Positions 30,059 to 40,227 are shown, counted from the first letter of the stretch. The stretch: DNA of 64,000 nucleotides from an uncultured Candidatus Marinamargulisbacteria bacterium (GCA_964521915.1 CAZFTP010000008.1:1497-65496), one strand, 5' to 3'. Notes: generated from the letters alone by a model not told the origin. Translations and numbers: made by a program.

Positions 30059-31510
30059 TTATATCAACTTTTTTGCTACATTTAATAGTTTTTCCGCTTC
30101 AGTTTCTTTTAAAGCTTCCGCATAAATTCTGGCAACTGGTTCTGTACCTGATAACCTCATTAAAACCCACGCATTATCTAAAATAATCTTTAAACCATCT
30201 AATTTGTTTAATTCTTTAATTTTTAAGCCAGTTAGGTTTTCAATTTTATCTTTAGTTAAATCTTGAAAAAGCTGTATTAAGGCTGGCTTTTGTTCAGGTT
30301 TAAAGTGATATTCTTCTTCTTTAAAATAGAATTTACCGTATTCGGTAAAAATTTTATTTTTTAATTCTGAAAGTCTTAGCTTTGAATCTTTTAAAATATA
30401 AAGTAAAAATAGTGCTGGTAAAAAACCGCATTTTTCTAATACGTGAAATGAAGCTGTGAAACCACCGCTAGATTCTACCGCTAAACTTATTTTATTTTCT
30501 TTACGAGCTTTTTCCAGAAAATCACAAAAATATTTAAAACCTACTGCTGTTTCACAGTATTCTTTATTGTTTTTTTCTACTACAGAACGCACTATCATAG
30601 AAGAAGCTACGGTAGTAGCAACACCTAACATGGGTTGGTTCTTTTTCATTAAGTAATCAAAAATAATGGCTGTAACTTCTTCAGGAGTAACTAAATCTCC
30701 GTTTTCATCAAGCACCACATGACGGTCTCCGTCCGGGTCATTGGCAATGGCAATCGGGGATTTAAGCTCTTTCTGCTTCTTTTTGAGTTCATTCAAAGAA
30801 TTTGGTTTAGTTGGGTTTGGTTCGATATTACCAAAATCTGATTGGGGTTCTTTATCAAGAATAACGAAATTTGTAATGCCAAGAGTATTAAAAATAGCGT
30901 CCCAATAACTACCTACAGTACCGTGCTTGGCATCAATAGCAATAGGAAAATCCAAATTTTTGATATTAATACCGGTAATTTTATCTAATTTTTCAAGAAG
31001 ATCTGCAACAAATTCTTTTTTAATATCAATATCTTTGACTTGAGTTGTGAAATCCAGCGAAGCAATGCCTTCCTCAAAATATTCATTGGCTTTATCTTCA
31101 ATAATTTTGGTGATTTCGGTATTGCTTGGCGCGCCGTTTGGTAAATTAAATTTAATCCCGTTATATTCTGGGGGATTATGTGAAGCAGTAAGAATAATAC
31201 CTCCATCAAGTTTTGCTTGCGGAATATGCCAAGCAACTACTGGAGTAGGGGAATAAAAATCAAAAAAATCTACTTCCACATTTTCATAAGCGAGAACATC
31301 ACAAATTGCTTTGGTAAAACTACCATCTTCTAAATCAGGGGAATTACCTTTTCTTGGGTCATAACCCAGAGCTATTCTTGGATTAGTTGAAATAGATTTT
31401 ACGTAATCAGCGACCGATTTAGCAATGGCTTTTACGTGCTGTAATGTAAAATCTTTACCAATGATACCACGATGACCGGAAGTTCCGAATGAGATTGGTT
31501 TTTTTGACAT
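30059..31510 (-). CDS. Phosphomannomutase/phosphoglucomutase (alpha-D-phosphohexomutase family)
   Basis: 483 aa. It has the active-site Ser loop TASHNPPEYNG, the metal-binding loop DPDGDR and a sugar-binding loop. An AAGGAG RBS precedes the start. Confidence 0.85.
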   Translation of the reverse strand: MSKKPISFGTSGHRGIIGKDFTLQHVKAIAKSVADYVKSISTNPRIALGYDPRKGNSPDLEDGSFTKAICDVLAYENVEVDFFDFYSPTPVVAWHIPQAKLDGGIILTASHNPPEYNGIKFNLPNGAPSNTEITKIIEDKANEYFEEGIASLDFTTQVKDIDIKKEFVADLLEKLDKITGINIKNLDFPIAIDAKHGTVGSYWDAIFNTLGITNFVILDKEPQSDFGNIEPNPTKPNSLNELKKKQKELKSPIAIANDPDGDRHVVLDENGDLVTPEEVTAIIFDYLMKKNQPMLGVATTVASSMIVRSVVEKNNKEYCETAVGFKYFCDFLEKARKENKISLAVESSGGFTASFHVLEKCGFLPALFLLYILKDSKLRLSELKNKIFTEYGKFYFKEEEYHFKPEQKPALIQLFQDLTKDKIENLTGLKIKELNKLDGLKIILDNAWVLMRLSGTEPVARIYAEALKETEAEKLLNVAKKLI

Positions 31511-31555
31511 TGTATACTCCTTTATATATATACCCCCTCATGGGGGGGAATTTCA

Positions 31556-31697
31556 GGGGCTGACTCAAAAGTTCGTCAGGCGAGGCGTCTTGAGCACGAG
31601 CGCGCGGGGGAAGGGGCGAACGGCCGTTCGCCCGTACCCCAAATGAGCACGCGAGTGCGAAAAGTAACAAAGCATCACGGACTTTTGGGACAGCCCC
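31556..31697. repeat. GC-rich palindromic repeat element, copy 2 (expanded, with a nested perfect palindrome gggcgaacggccgttcgccc)
   Basis: Both ends match those of copy 1. It carries an internal duplication of gagcacg(a)gcgcgcg plus a 20-bp perfect palindrome. It lies in the divergent promoter region between pgm and the DUF4143 ATPase. Confidence 0.8.
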
Positions 31698-31857
31698 AAA
31701 CCCCGAGCTCAGTATACCCAAAGTAATTAATTTTTAATAGAGTAAGAAAATTTGTTCAAATCCTAAAATTAGACTTGCTATTATTACTTGACAAATTTTA
31801 AGCCCACTTGAAAAAAGTCTTGACAAATTTTAAGTTGGGTTTAAAATTATTATTAGG

Positions 31858-32994
31858 ATGACTACTATAAACCGATACTTAAAAGAAGCGGTGTTAGAAG
31901 ATTTAGATTCAAAAATTATTATGGTTAGCGGTCCGCGGCAAGCGGGCAAAACAACTTTTTCAAAATTTTTAAAGCCATCTTATACTTACCTAAACTACGA
32001 TTTAGCTGAACACAGAAAATTACTACAAGAAAAAGCTTGGGCGCACCAAACCTCCTTAGTAATTTTTGATGAAATTCATAAAATGAACGAATGGAAACGC
32101 TTTTTAAAAGGAATATATGACACTAAAACCAACAATCAAGCTATGCTAGTTACTGGTAGTGCAAAATTAGATATGTTTCGTAAAACTGGCGATTCTCTGG
32201 CAGGACGTTATTTTAGTTTTCGTTTACACCCTTTTGATATTAAAGAGTTAAATAAAGTTGGTTTATTAGCTAAAAATCCTCAAGAAACCATTGAGCAATT
32301 ATTAACAGTTTCAGGGTTTCCTGAACCCTTTTTAAATGGTAAACAACAATTTTACCAGCGTTGGCGTAAAACTTATTTAGATGTAATTTTAAGACAAGAT
32401 TTATTAGATCTTACTGCAATAAAAAATATCTCTGTTATGGAAACTTTAATTGAAATGCTCAGATATCGCGTTGGTTCACCTGTTTCCGCTTTGTCATTAG
32501 CACAAGACTTGCAAATCAGCCCACAAACAGTGCAACAATGGTTATCAGTACTTGAAGGGTTATATGTAATTTTTAAAATATCTCCCTATCATAAAAATAT
32601 CGCCAGATCACTCCTAAAAGAATCAAAATATTATTTCTATGATACCGCTTATGTTTTAGGAAATTCCGGAATAAAATATGAAAACCTAATTGCTAATTCC
32701 TTACAAAAAGAAATTCAACGAATAGAGGATATTACAGGTAAATCAACAAACTTATTTTATCTTAGAAACAGAGCTGGGAATAAAATAGATTTCTGCATCC
32801 AAATTGAAGATCAACCTTTTATTCTTATTGAAGTAAAAGAAAAAGATGATAATCTATCATCTAATTTAGTTTATTTTTCACAATATTTTCAAAACCCTCA
32901 ACTAATCCAATTGGTAAGATATTTAGAATATCCTAAAGAATATCCAAACGGAGCTAAAATTGTTTCTGCCACAGAATGGCTTATTGAATTCTAA
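31858..32994 (+). CDS. AAA-family ATPase with a DUF4143-type C-terminal domain
   Basis: 378 aa. It has a Walker A motif (SGPRQAGKTT) and a Walker B motif (LVIFDEIH). Tandem -35-like direct repeats 'cttgacaaattttaag' lie upstream. Confidence 0.7.
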   Translation: MTTINRYLKEAVLEDLDSKIIMVSGPRQAGKTTFSKFLKPSYTYLNYDLAEHRKLLQEKAWAHQTSLVIFDEIHKMNEWKRFLKGIYDTKTNNQAMLVTGSAKLDMFRKTGDSLAGRYFSFRLHPFDIKELNKVGLLAKNPQETIEQLLTVSGFPEPFLNGKQQFYQRWRKTYLDVILRQDLLDLTAIKNISVMETLIEMLRYRVGSPVSALSLAQDLQISPQTVQQWLSVLEGLYVIFKISPYHKNIARSLLKESKYYFYDTAYVLGNSGIKYENLIANSLQKEIQRIEDITGKSTNLFYLRNRAGNKIDFCIQIEDQPFILIEVKEKDDNLSSNLVYFSQYFQNPQLIQLVRYLEYPKEYPNGAKIVSATEWLIEF

Positions 32995-33128
32995 TTTATC
33001 TTAATAAATAGTAATTAGGTAGTTTTCCAAGATTTTGAAGCTCATCGCCTACTATATGCTCTCGAACTTATTGAAAATTGAGATTTCTCATTTCGCGACA
33101 GACTCAACTTTCAGGCTTTCTCTTCACT

Positions 33129-34145
33129 TTAAGGCACCCGTACGCCATCTAGAATTCTCTGAATAATTTCATCTGCCGTAATTTCCTCTGCTTCTGCCTC
33201 AAACGAAAGAATTATTCTGTGCCTTAAAACATCTGTTGCCATAGCTTTAATATCCTCTGGTAAAACGTAATTTCGACCATTTAAAAAGGCATGAGCTTTA
33301 GCCGTAGTAATTAAAGCTATAGATGCCCTAGGAGAAGCACCAAAGGTAATTAATTTTTTAATTTCTGTTAATTGATAAAATAATGGGTCTCTGGTTGCCG
33401 TAATTAGGTCTAAAACATATTCTTTTAATTTATCATCAACATAAACTTTTTTGACAGCTGTTTGTATTAATTGTAAAGCAGAAACATCACACACCGGGTT
33501 AATTTTTTTGGCTTTTGCTTCCGTTTGCCGAACAATAATTTCCTGTTCTTCTGATTTACTGGGATACGTAATTAATAATTTCATCATAAATCGATCTAAT
33601 TCAGCTTCAGGTAAAGGATAAGTACCCTCATGCTCAATAGGATTTTGGGTTGCAAAAACTAAAAAGGGTTTTGGTAAAGGATAATTTTTCTCCCCAATAG
33701 TAATTTGATATTCTTGCATAGCCTCTAATAATGCGCTTTGAACCTTAGCGTGTGCTCGGTTTATTTCATCTGCCAAAACAAAATTTGCAAAAATCGGACC
33801 AAGGTGCGGAGTAAAACGCATATTTTTTTGATCATAAACCATAGTGCCGATTAAATCTGCCGGTAATAAATCTGGCGTAAATTGTAACCGTTTAAAAGAC
33901 AAATCTAAGGCTTCTGATAAAGTTTTAATAATTAGAGTTTTAGCTAAACCGGGTAAGCCTTCAATTAACACATGTCCATTGGTTAAAAGGGCTATTATTA
34001 AACGCTCTATAACATAATCTTGCCCGATGATGTTTTTTTTGATCTCTGAGCGAAGATTATGAATAATTTTTAAACTTTCTTGCATGATAATAATTATATC
34101 ATTAATTTTACATATGAGTCTGTTACAAAATGGCTGTTTTTCCAA
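33129..34145 (-). CDS. MoxR-family AAA+ ATPase
   Basis: 338 aa with Walker A (GLPGLAKT) and Walker B (LADEINRA). The overall length and motifs are typical of MoxR/RavA-like proteins. No adjacent VWA partner gene is present. Confidence 0.8.
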   Translation of the reverse strand: MEKQPFCNRLICKINDIIIIMQESLKIIHNLRSEIKKNIIGQDYVIERLIIALLTNGHVLIEGLPGLAKTLIIKTLSEALDLSFKRLQFTPDLLPADLIGTMVYDQKNMRFTPHLGPIFANFVLADEINRAHAKVQSALLEAMQEYQITIGEKNYPLPKPFLVFATQNPIEHEGTYPLPEAELDRFMMKLLITYPSKSEEQEIIVRQTEAKAKKINPVCDVSALQLIQTAVKKVYVDDKLKEYVLDLITATRDPLFYQLTEIKKLITFGASPRASIALITTAKAHAFLNGRNYVLPEDIKAMATDVLRHRIILSFEAEAEEITADEIIQRILDGVRVP

Positions 34146-34201
34146 ACTAGTGCGTTAAAACTAATTTTTGGTACTCATTTTGCGACAAACTCCATATCTG
34201 T

Positions 34202-36049
34202 TTATCTCTGTGGTATTAAACGTGATATACCTACATCAAAAAGACCAGTTTCTCTTTCTAAAAAATATCCTTCCGGCATAGCAGAAAGAATTAAAAGTAA
34301 TACTCCAAATCTTATTTGTGTATCAGAATCTGCGTCTAAATAATGTGCTATTTTCTCGTGATGGGTATTTAATGTTGCTGAATAATTGGCTAAAGCTCCA
34401 GCTCCTCGACATATATCCGGAGGCCTAGTATGATGAAATTTATCATCACGCGCACATTCAATCATTCTTTGAGCTAATGTTATTTCTCTACCCTCAGTAT
34501 GGGTTATTGAATTTATATCAAATTTATATACATGAGTAGCTAATGCTATTAATCTATCCATTTTAGTTTGAGGGGTTAAATCAATATCATTTATAATTCG
34601 TAGAACCTCAGGTAAAATATGTGAATCTAAATAGGGTATAAGGGCATTTCCAGCTACATCTAATTCACGAATCTCTTTCATATAAAGTTCAAACATATTC
34701 ATACGTAAAGATTGCGACATTTTTCGTGCCCAATCAATTTCGCGACTTTGAGTTCCAAAATTAGCAAAAAATTCATCGAATAAACTTTCTGGCAATTTTT
34801 CATCCAAAAATTCTTTTAATCTAGTTGTATAAGAAACTCCTCTTAATGGAAAAGAAGGTCGCTCAGCTTCCGCCATAAAACTATGAACATCATATAAAGA
34901 AAATTCTCGGGCAATATCTAATACTTCAGGATCAACCGGATTTGCTATGTCTAAAATTGTTCTGAATTCATCTAAAATCAATCTTTCTGATCTTTGAGCA
35001 TTAAATAAATAGGTACCGCCAACAAGAATAGTTGAAGATAAATTTTTTAAACCAGAAAAAAAATCTTTTATTCTATCATAAGTTAAACCGTAATGTTTTA
35101 ATAAAGGTATAAATAACCGCTTAAAATCTTTTAAAAAAACATTTCCACTCTCAATTTCATTGTATGGCGGAGCTAAATTCTGTACAATATCATGATATAA
35201 AGCCATTAAAGAAGCTAAAACCCTTAACACATTTTTAAAAGAAGTAGCATTTACTTCATGATCTAAAACATCAATACATAATTCAAGCGCATGAGCCGTA
35301 TTATGATACGCCCCTTTATTACGTACGTATACAGGATTACCAGGAATAGCTCTACAAGCTAAACGCATATGTGTACGAATTTGTGGTAAAACGTCTGTCT
35401 TCATTTTGGTTGCCAAACTTTTAAATTCTTCGACAAAATCTTGATTTTGCATTAAATCATCAATAGTAGCAACCGTATTATGCATACATAAAGCTGATTC
35501 ATTTTCTCTGTGAATTTCATCAACAAAACGTTTTAATTGATTAAGCGCCAGTGTAATATTCAGCGGAGCTAGTGAAGGCATAAAAGGATTACGTCCAAAT
35601 TTATAACGATCTATAATTTCTGCTTTTAATCTTGCTTTTTGTGCAGTATCTAATTTTAATAACATTATTAAAGCCGTTGAAAAACTATACGATTTCATTT
35701 GTTTTGGATTTTTTATTAGCATGCCACTTGCTATTAAATGATCAATCAGAGTTTGATTATCCGGCATATGAACAAAAGTAAAAATTTCACGCAGAAAATC
35801 ACATGCATCAAGATAACTCGTATGTAACCTTTGTATTTGCATACTTCCTATAGAATCTGTCGAAGCACTTGGCGTTACTCTCTTCTTTTGAGCAAAAGGA
35901 AGAATATCATCTAATCTACTTACAATACTAGATACCCTTGATCCCATGGTTACCCTTTCCGCCTCAATTCCTTTTCTTACCATAGCTGGATGAGATCTTA
36001 CCTTAAAAAAATCGCTTGATAAATCACCTGCTTTTGATGGTCCCCTCAT
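34202..36049 (-). CDS. Large hypothetical protein (615 aa), function unknown
   Basis: It has no signal peptide or TM segment. Composition is more GC-rich and Arg-rich than the neighbouring core genes. It lies between MoxR and tRNA-Gly. Confidence 0.4.
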   Translation of the reverse strand: MRGPSKAGDLSSDFFKVRSHPAMVRKGIEAERVTMGSRVSSIVSRLDDILPFAQKKRVTPSASTDSIGSMQIQRLHTSYLDACDFLREIFTFVHMPDNQTLIDHLIASGMLIKNPKQMKSYSFSTALIMLLKLDTAQKARLKAEIIDRYKFGRNPFMPSLAPLNITLALNQLKRFVDEIHRENESALCMHNTVATIDDLMQNQDFVEEFKSLATKMKTDVLPQIRTHMRLACRAIPGNPVYVRNKGAYHNTAHALELCIDVLDHEVNATSFKNVLRVLASLMALYHDIVQNLAPPYNEIESGNVFLKDFKRLFIPLLKHYGLTYDRIKDFFSGLKNLSSTILVGGTYLFNAQRSERLILDEFRTILDIANPVDPEVLDIAREFSLYDVHSFMAEAERPSFPLRGVSYTTRLKEFLDEKLPESLFDEFFANFGTQSREIDWARKMSQSLRMNMFELYMKEIRELDVAGNALIPYLDSHILPEVLRIINDIDLTPQTKMDRLIALATHVYKFDINSITHTEGREITLAQRMIECARDDKFHHTRPPDICRGAGALANYSATLNTHHEKIAHYLDADSDTQIRFGVLLLILSAMPEGYFLERETGLFDVGISRLIPQR

Positions 36050-36187
36050 AAAAATCCCCCTAAATTATTTTTCACTTTCTTATAATAATCTAATACCATT
36101 AAAAAAAAGGATTAAAACATGTTTTTTTAAATTTATTAAATAAAAAATTTGATTAATCAAATTTTTTTTGTTATATTACCACTTGCG

Positions 36188-36263
36188 GCGGGATTAGCTC
36201 AGTTGGTAGAGCGTCTGCTTGCCAAGCAGAAGGTCGCCAGTTCGAGCCTGGTATCCCGCTCCA
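36188..36263 (+). tRNA. tRNA-Gly (anticodon GCC), with encoded CCA
   Basis: The cloverleaf was folded by eye. The acceptor stem is gcgggat/atcccgc, the D-arm is gctc-agttggtag-gagc, and the anticodon stem is tctgc/gcaga with loop ttGCCaa. The T-arm is gccag-ttcgagc-ctggt, the discriminator is U, and the 3' end is CCA. Confidence 0.85.
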
Positions 36264-36292
36264 TATTCATACTAAAAATTAAGGATTAATCA

Positions 36293-37591
36293 ATGAAAAT
36301 ACTTAAATCAAAAAGAGAGGGAGATACTTTTCAATTAGAAATTGAAGAAGATCAGGTAAAATTAACGCCATTTTTAGATAAAGCTTTTCAAAAATTATCT
36401 CAAAAAGTTAAACTACCTGGTTTTAGACCTGGTAAAATCCCCAGAAATGTTTTTGAAAAAAATTTTGGTAAAGAAGTTCTTATCGAAGAAGCAGTTATGG
36501 ATTTAGCTAATGAAATGTATAGTGATGCAATAAAAGAATTAAATTTAAAAGTTGTAGATATACCTAAAAACGTACAATTTTCAGAATACAAAGAAAATGA
36601 ACCCGTAAAATTTACTTGTGAAGTAGATGTTTTGCCATTAGTTAAAATAGGTAAATATAAAGGCTTAAAAGCCAAAAAAGCTAACAGTGAAATTACGGTA
36701 GCAGAAATTAATTCACATTTAGAACAAGAAAGAACTAGAAGATCAAAAATAGAAATAACAGACAAACCAAGTGCCAAAGATAGTTATGTCATTCTTAATA
36801 TCACGGCTAAATTAGAAGACGCCGTATTTGAAGAATTTAATCGAAAAGATTTTATGTATCAAATAGGGACTAATCAATTTCTCACACCTGAATTTGACTC
36901 TGAGTTAATTAATTTAAATAAAAACGATAAAAAAAATATCAGTTTGAATTTACCTCAAGATTTTCCTAATGAAAACTTAGCCGGAAAAACCCTTGTTCTA
37001 GAAGTAGAAGTAGTAGAAGTTAAAGAAAGAGTTTTACCAGAATTAACGGATGAATTTGTTAAAACTAATCTTAACTTTGACACCTTGGCTGATTTTAAAA
37101 ATGATGTTGAAAAACGCTTAAAAGAAATGAAAGAATTCCAAAATCGTAAAAAACTAGAAGACGATTTAATTAACCAGATTATAGCTGATATTAAAGTTAA
37201 TCTGCACCCAAGTATGATTGATAGAGAAATTAATTCAAGATTAAAAAATTTAGAAGCAAGGTTACAGCCTTATAAAATTTCTTTAGAAGATTATTTAAAA
37301 TATAATCAAAAGCATATTGATGAATTAAAAAACGAAATAAAAGTGGAAGCAGAAAGAGCTTTAAAAAGTGAATTAGTAATAGATGAAATTTGCGAGAAAG
37401 AAAACATCAAAGTTACGGATGAAGATTTAACTGCTGAAATTGCAAAACTAAATTTCCCGGAAGTAAAAACTTTGGAAGAGTTTAAAAACAAATTAGGACC
37501 TCATGCATTGATTAATTTAGAAGCTAGTATTAGAGAAAAAAAATTCTTTGATTATATTATTAAAGAAGCTAAAATTAGTGTAGAAAAATAG
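36293..37591 (+). CDS. tig: Trigger factor (ribosome-associated PPIase chaperone)
   Basis: 432 aa. It has the N-terminal ribosome-binding signature LPGFRPGKIP. Gene order is tig-clpP-clpX. Confidence 0.9.
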   Translation: MKILKSKREGDTFQLEIEEDQVKLTPFLDKAFQKLSQKVKLPGFRPGKIPRNVFEKNFGKEVLIEEAVMDLANEMYSDAIKELNLKVVDIPKNVQFSEYKENEPVKFTCEVDVLPLVKIGKYKGLKAKKANSEITVAEINSHLEQERTRRSKIEITDKPSAKDSYVILNITAKLEDAVFEEFNRKDFMYQIGTNQFLTPEFDSELINLNKNDKKNISLNLPQDFPNENLAGKTLVLEVEVVEVKERVLPELTDEFVKTNLNFDTLADFKNDVEKRLKEMKEFQNRKKLEDDLINQIIADIKVNLHPSMIDREINSRLKNLEARLQPYKISLEDYLKYNQKHIDELKNEIKVEAERALKSELVIDEICEKENIKVTDEDLTAEIAKLNFPEVKTLEEFKNKLGPHALINLEASIREKKFFDYIIKEAKISVEK

Positions 37592-37616
37592 AAGGGCTTG
37601 AACCATGAAATTCTCG

Positions 37617-37647
37617 TATCCCCAGGGTGCTCCGCACCCTGGGGATA
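37617..37647 (+). promoter_or_regulatory. GC-rich perfect hairpin (13-bp stem tatccccagggtg/caccctggggata, loop ctccg) between tig and clpP. No U-tract follows it.
   Basis: The inverted repeat is visible directly. It is followed by the GGAGGG RBS of clpP. It is not a canonical intrinsic terminator. Confidence 0.5.
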
Positions 37648-37673
37648 CATAAACAACAAACGGAGGGTAAAAC

Positions 37674-38261
37674 ATGTCTGTACTAATTCCAATGGTAATT
37701 GAACAAACCGGTCGTGGTGAAAGAAGTTACGATATTTATTCTCGTTTACTAAAAGAAAGAATTATTTTCGTTACTGAACAAATTGATGACCACATGGCAA
37801 ACACCATTATTGCCCAATTGTTATTTTTGGAAGCAGAAGATCCTGATAAACCAATATCTATGTATATAAATAGCCCTGGTGGTGTAGTAACTGCTGGGTT
37901 AGCAATTTATGATACTATGCAATATATTAAAGCTAAAGTTTCTACCATTTGTTTAGGGCAAGCGGCTTCCATGGGTGCATTATTATTAGCCGCCGGGGAA
38001 CCTGGTAAACGTTATGCTTTATCATATTCACGTATTATGATTCACCAACCATTAGGTGGCGCCCAAGGTCAAGCAACAGATATTGAAATTCAAACAAAAG
38101 AAATTCTAAGAATTAAAAAAATTATTAATGATATCTTAGTAAAACATACTCATAAAAGTCTTAAGCAAATAGAAAAAGATACTGATAGAGATTTTTTTAT
38201 GAGTGCCGATGAAGCTGTTAAATACGGGCTCATTGACGAAGTTATAGTAAAAAAAGACTAA
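37674..38261 (+). CDS. clpP: ATP-dependent Clp protease proteolytic subunit
   Basis: 195 aa. It has the active-site Ser context [11 protein letters not shown], the His in MIHQP, and an N-terminal [11 protein letters not shown] motif. Confidence 0.95.
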   Translation: MSVLIPMVIEQTGRGERSYDIYSRLLKERIIFVTEQIDDHMANTIIAQLLFLEAEDPDKPISMYINSPGGVVTAGLAIYDTMQYIKAKVSTICLGQAASMGALLLAAGEPGKRYALSYSRIMIHQPLGGAQGQATDIEIQTKEILRIKKIINDILVKHTHKSLKQIEKDTDRDFFMSADEAVKYGLIDEVIVKKD

Positions 38262-38262
38262 G

Positions 38263-39534
38263 ATGAATACTGAAGATCAAAGTCAAGTGTTATGTTCATT
38301 TTGTGGAAAACCGCAAAATTTAGCATACAAAATGATTCTTGGTCCTGGTGTTAATATTTGCGATGAATGCATTAATTCTTGTCATACTTTGATTTTAGAA
38401 GAAATAAAAAAAGCAGAAATAGCTAAACACAGTAAATTATCAGATCAAAAACTACCGAAACCTAAAGAAATTTACGCATCCTTAGATTCTTATATTATTG
38501 GGCAAGAAAAAGCCAAAAAAGTTATTTCTGTGGCCGTTTATAATCATTATAAACGGATTTTCTATTCAACCGATGAATATAGCGATACTGAATTATTAAA
38601 AAGTAATATTCTTTTAATCGGACCTACCGGAACAGGTAAAACGCTTTTTGCCCAAACTTTAGCTAAGCTTTTAGATGTGCCTTTTACTATTGCTGATGCT
38701 ACTACCATTACAGAAGCAGGATACGTTGGAGAAGACGCGGAAAGTATGTTATTTAGATTACTGCAAATTGCCAATAATGATGTAAAAAAAGCGGAAATTG
38801 GTATAATTTACATAGATGAAATTGATAAAATTTCTCGTAAATCAGAAAGTGCTTCTATTACCAGAGATGTTTCCGGAGAAGGGGTACAACAGGCTCTTTT
38901 AAAAATGCTCGAAGGTAGTATTGTAAATGTGCCCATGAAGGGCGGTAGAAAACATCCTCAGCAAGAATTTGTAGCTATTGATACTTCCAACATCCTTTTT
39001 ATTACCGGCGGTGCTTTCCATGGGATAGAAGAGATTATTTCCAAACGAATAACCGATAAACAATACGGTTTTAAAAACAAAAAAGAGCAGGAAGATAAAG
39101 TAGCTGAAGATGATCTATACGAACATTTACAACCGGAAGATTTACTTAAATTCGGTTTAATCCCCGAATTAATTGGTCGTTTACCGATTATTGCGCCGTT
39201 GCGTAACTTAGATGCCGATGCATTGGTAAAAATACTAAAAGAACCGAAAAATGCTATTATCAAACAATTTCAAAAATTACTTTCAATGGATAATATTAAA
39301 TTAGAGTTTGAAGATACGGCTTTAGAATTAATTGCCAAAACCGCAATTCAAAGAAAGGTAGGCGCCAGAGCGTTAAGATCTTTAGTTGAAGGAATCATGC
39401 TCAATTTTATGTACGAAATGCCGTCAGGGGAAGAAAAAGAATTAAAAATCACTAAAAAAATTGCTGTAGATTACATTAAAAACAATACTTCCAAACATAT
39501 TATTAAGGCTTTAGAAAAAGAAGGAGTTTTGTAA
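38263..39534 (+). CDS. clpX: ATP-dependent Clp protease ATP-binding subunit ClpX
   Basis: 423 aa. It has an N-terminal C4 zinc finger (CSFCGK...CDEC), a Walker A motif (GPTGTGKT), a Walker B motif (IIYIDEIDK) and a GYVG pore loop. Confidence 0.95.
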   Translation: MNTEDQSQVLCSFCGKPQNLAYKMILGPGVNICDECINSCHTLILEEIKKAEIAKHSKLSDQKLPKPKEIYASLDSYIIGQEKAKKVISVAVYNHYKRIFYSTDEYSDTELLKSNILLIGPTGTGKTLFAQTLAKLLDVPFTIADATTITEAGYVGEDAESMLFRLLQIANNDVKKAEIGIIYIDEIDKISRKSESASITRDVSGEGVQQALLKMLEGSIVNVPMKGGRKHPQQEFVAIDTSNILFITGGAFHGIEEIISKRITDKQYGFKNKKEQEDKVAEDDLYEHLQPEDLLKFGLIPELIGRLPIIAPLRNLDADALVKILKEPKNAIIKQFQKLLSMDNIKLEFEDTALELIAKTAIQRKVGARALRSLVEGIMLNFMYEMPSGEEKELKITKKIAVDYIKNNTSKHIIKALEKEGVL

Positions 39535-39584
39535 ACTATTAATTCCCATAATTTAATCACAAAATATCATTCAATTTCCTTAAA

Positions 39585-40130
39585 TCATTTTTTATATCTT
39601 TCAATAGTTGCTATCGGAATTTCATATTTCTTCCCGTTGTCAGACCCACTTGTATATTCATAATAAAAATACCAGTTCCCTGCTTTGTTTGAAGCATAAT
39701 TTAAAATTATTTTTGCTGTAAACGTTTGTCCATCCGAAGGGGATGAAAATCTAAATGGTTTACTAGTTACTCTTCTATACCGAAGCCCATCCGAATCACT
39801 ACCATAATACTCTACCTGAAACTTATATATATTGTCAGTATTATGTGTTGTTCCTAAGTCTACCGAAATAAAAGAATTTCGCGCTCCAGGAGCAGCCTGC
39901 TCAGAAAAATAAGTGCCCCCATATAAGTTTGGTAAGAACGTTGGCGTTGTAGGTTCTTGAGCGCTTACTAGCTCGAAAGAAAAAAGTGGTGTTCCCTTGG
40001 TAAGATCTCCTTTTGGCAGTCTGCCTACTAATGAAAAAGTTACCGAAAAACAATAAGCATGACTGATCAAAAGCATCAGTAAACATAACGCGGTTAATTT
40101 TAATGTTTTCATAAATTTACTCCTTATCAC
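39585..40130 (-). CDS. Secreted hypothetical protein
   Basis: 181 aa. A signal peptide probably starts at the internal MKTLKLTALCLLMLL. The protein is G/S/Y-rich and has no recognisable domain. Confidence 0.4.
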   Translation of the reverse strand: MIRSKFMKTLKLTALCLLMLLISHAYCFSVTFSLVGRLPKGDLTKGTPLFSFELVSAQEPTTPTFLPNLYGGTYFSEQAAPGARNSFISVDLGTTHNTDNIYKFQVEYYGSDSDGLRYRRVTSKPFRFSSPSDGQTFTAKIILNYASNKAGNWYFYYEYTSGSDNGKKYEIPIATIERYKK

Positions 40131-40227
40131 AAATTTTTATCTTGTCTGCACAAAAAATATTATCGTATAAAAATAATTAATACTTGTATAGAAAATTTCT
40201 ATTGTATAATTTTAGGTTACTTATTAT

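Noticed and set aside
31455-31721. 88-aa minus-strand ORF spanning the GC-rich repeat (copy 2)
   Set aside because: The frame is open only because the GC-rich palindromic element lacks stop codons. It overlaps the pgm start and has no RBS, and its Arg/Ala/Pro-rich translation is not protein-like.
34080-34343. 87-aa plus-strand ORF overlapping the MoxR start and repeat copy C
   Set aside because: It overlaps two confident minus-strand genes and has no RBS. The motif copy C is better explained as a non-coding element.
36400-37491. Minus-strand ORFs (36400-36777, 37306-37491) inside tig
   Set aside because: They are antisense to the trigger-factor frame and have low-complexity translations.
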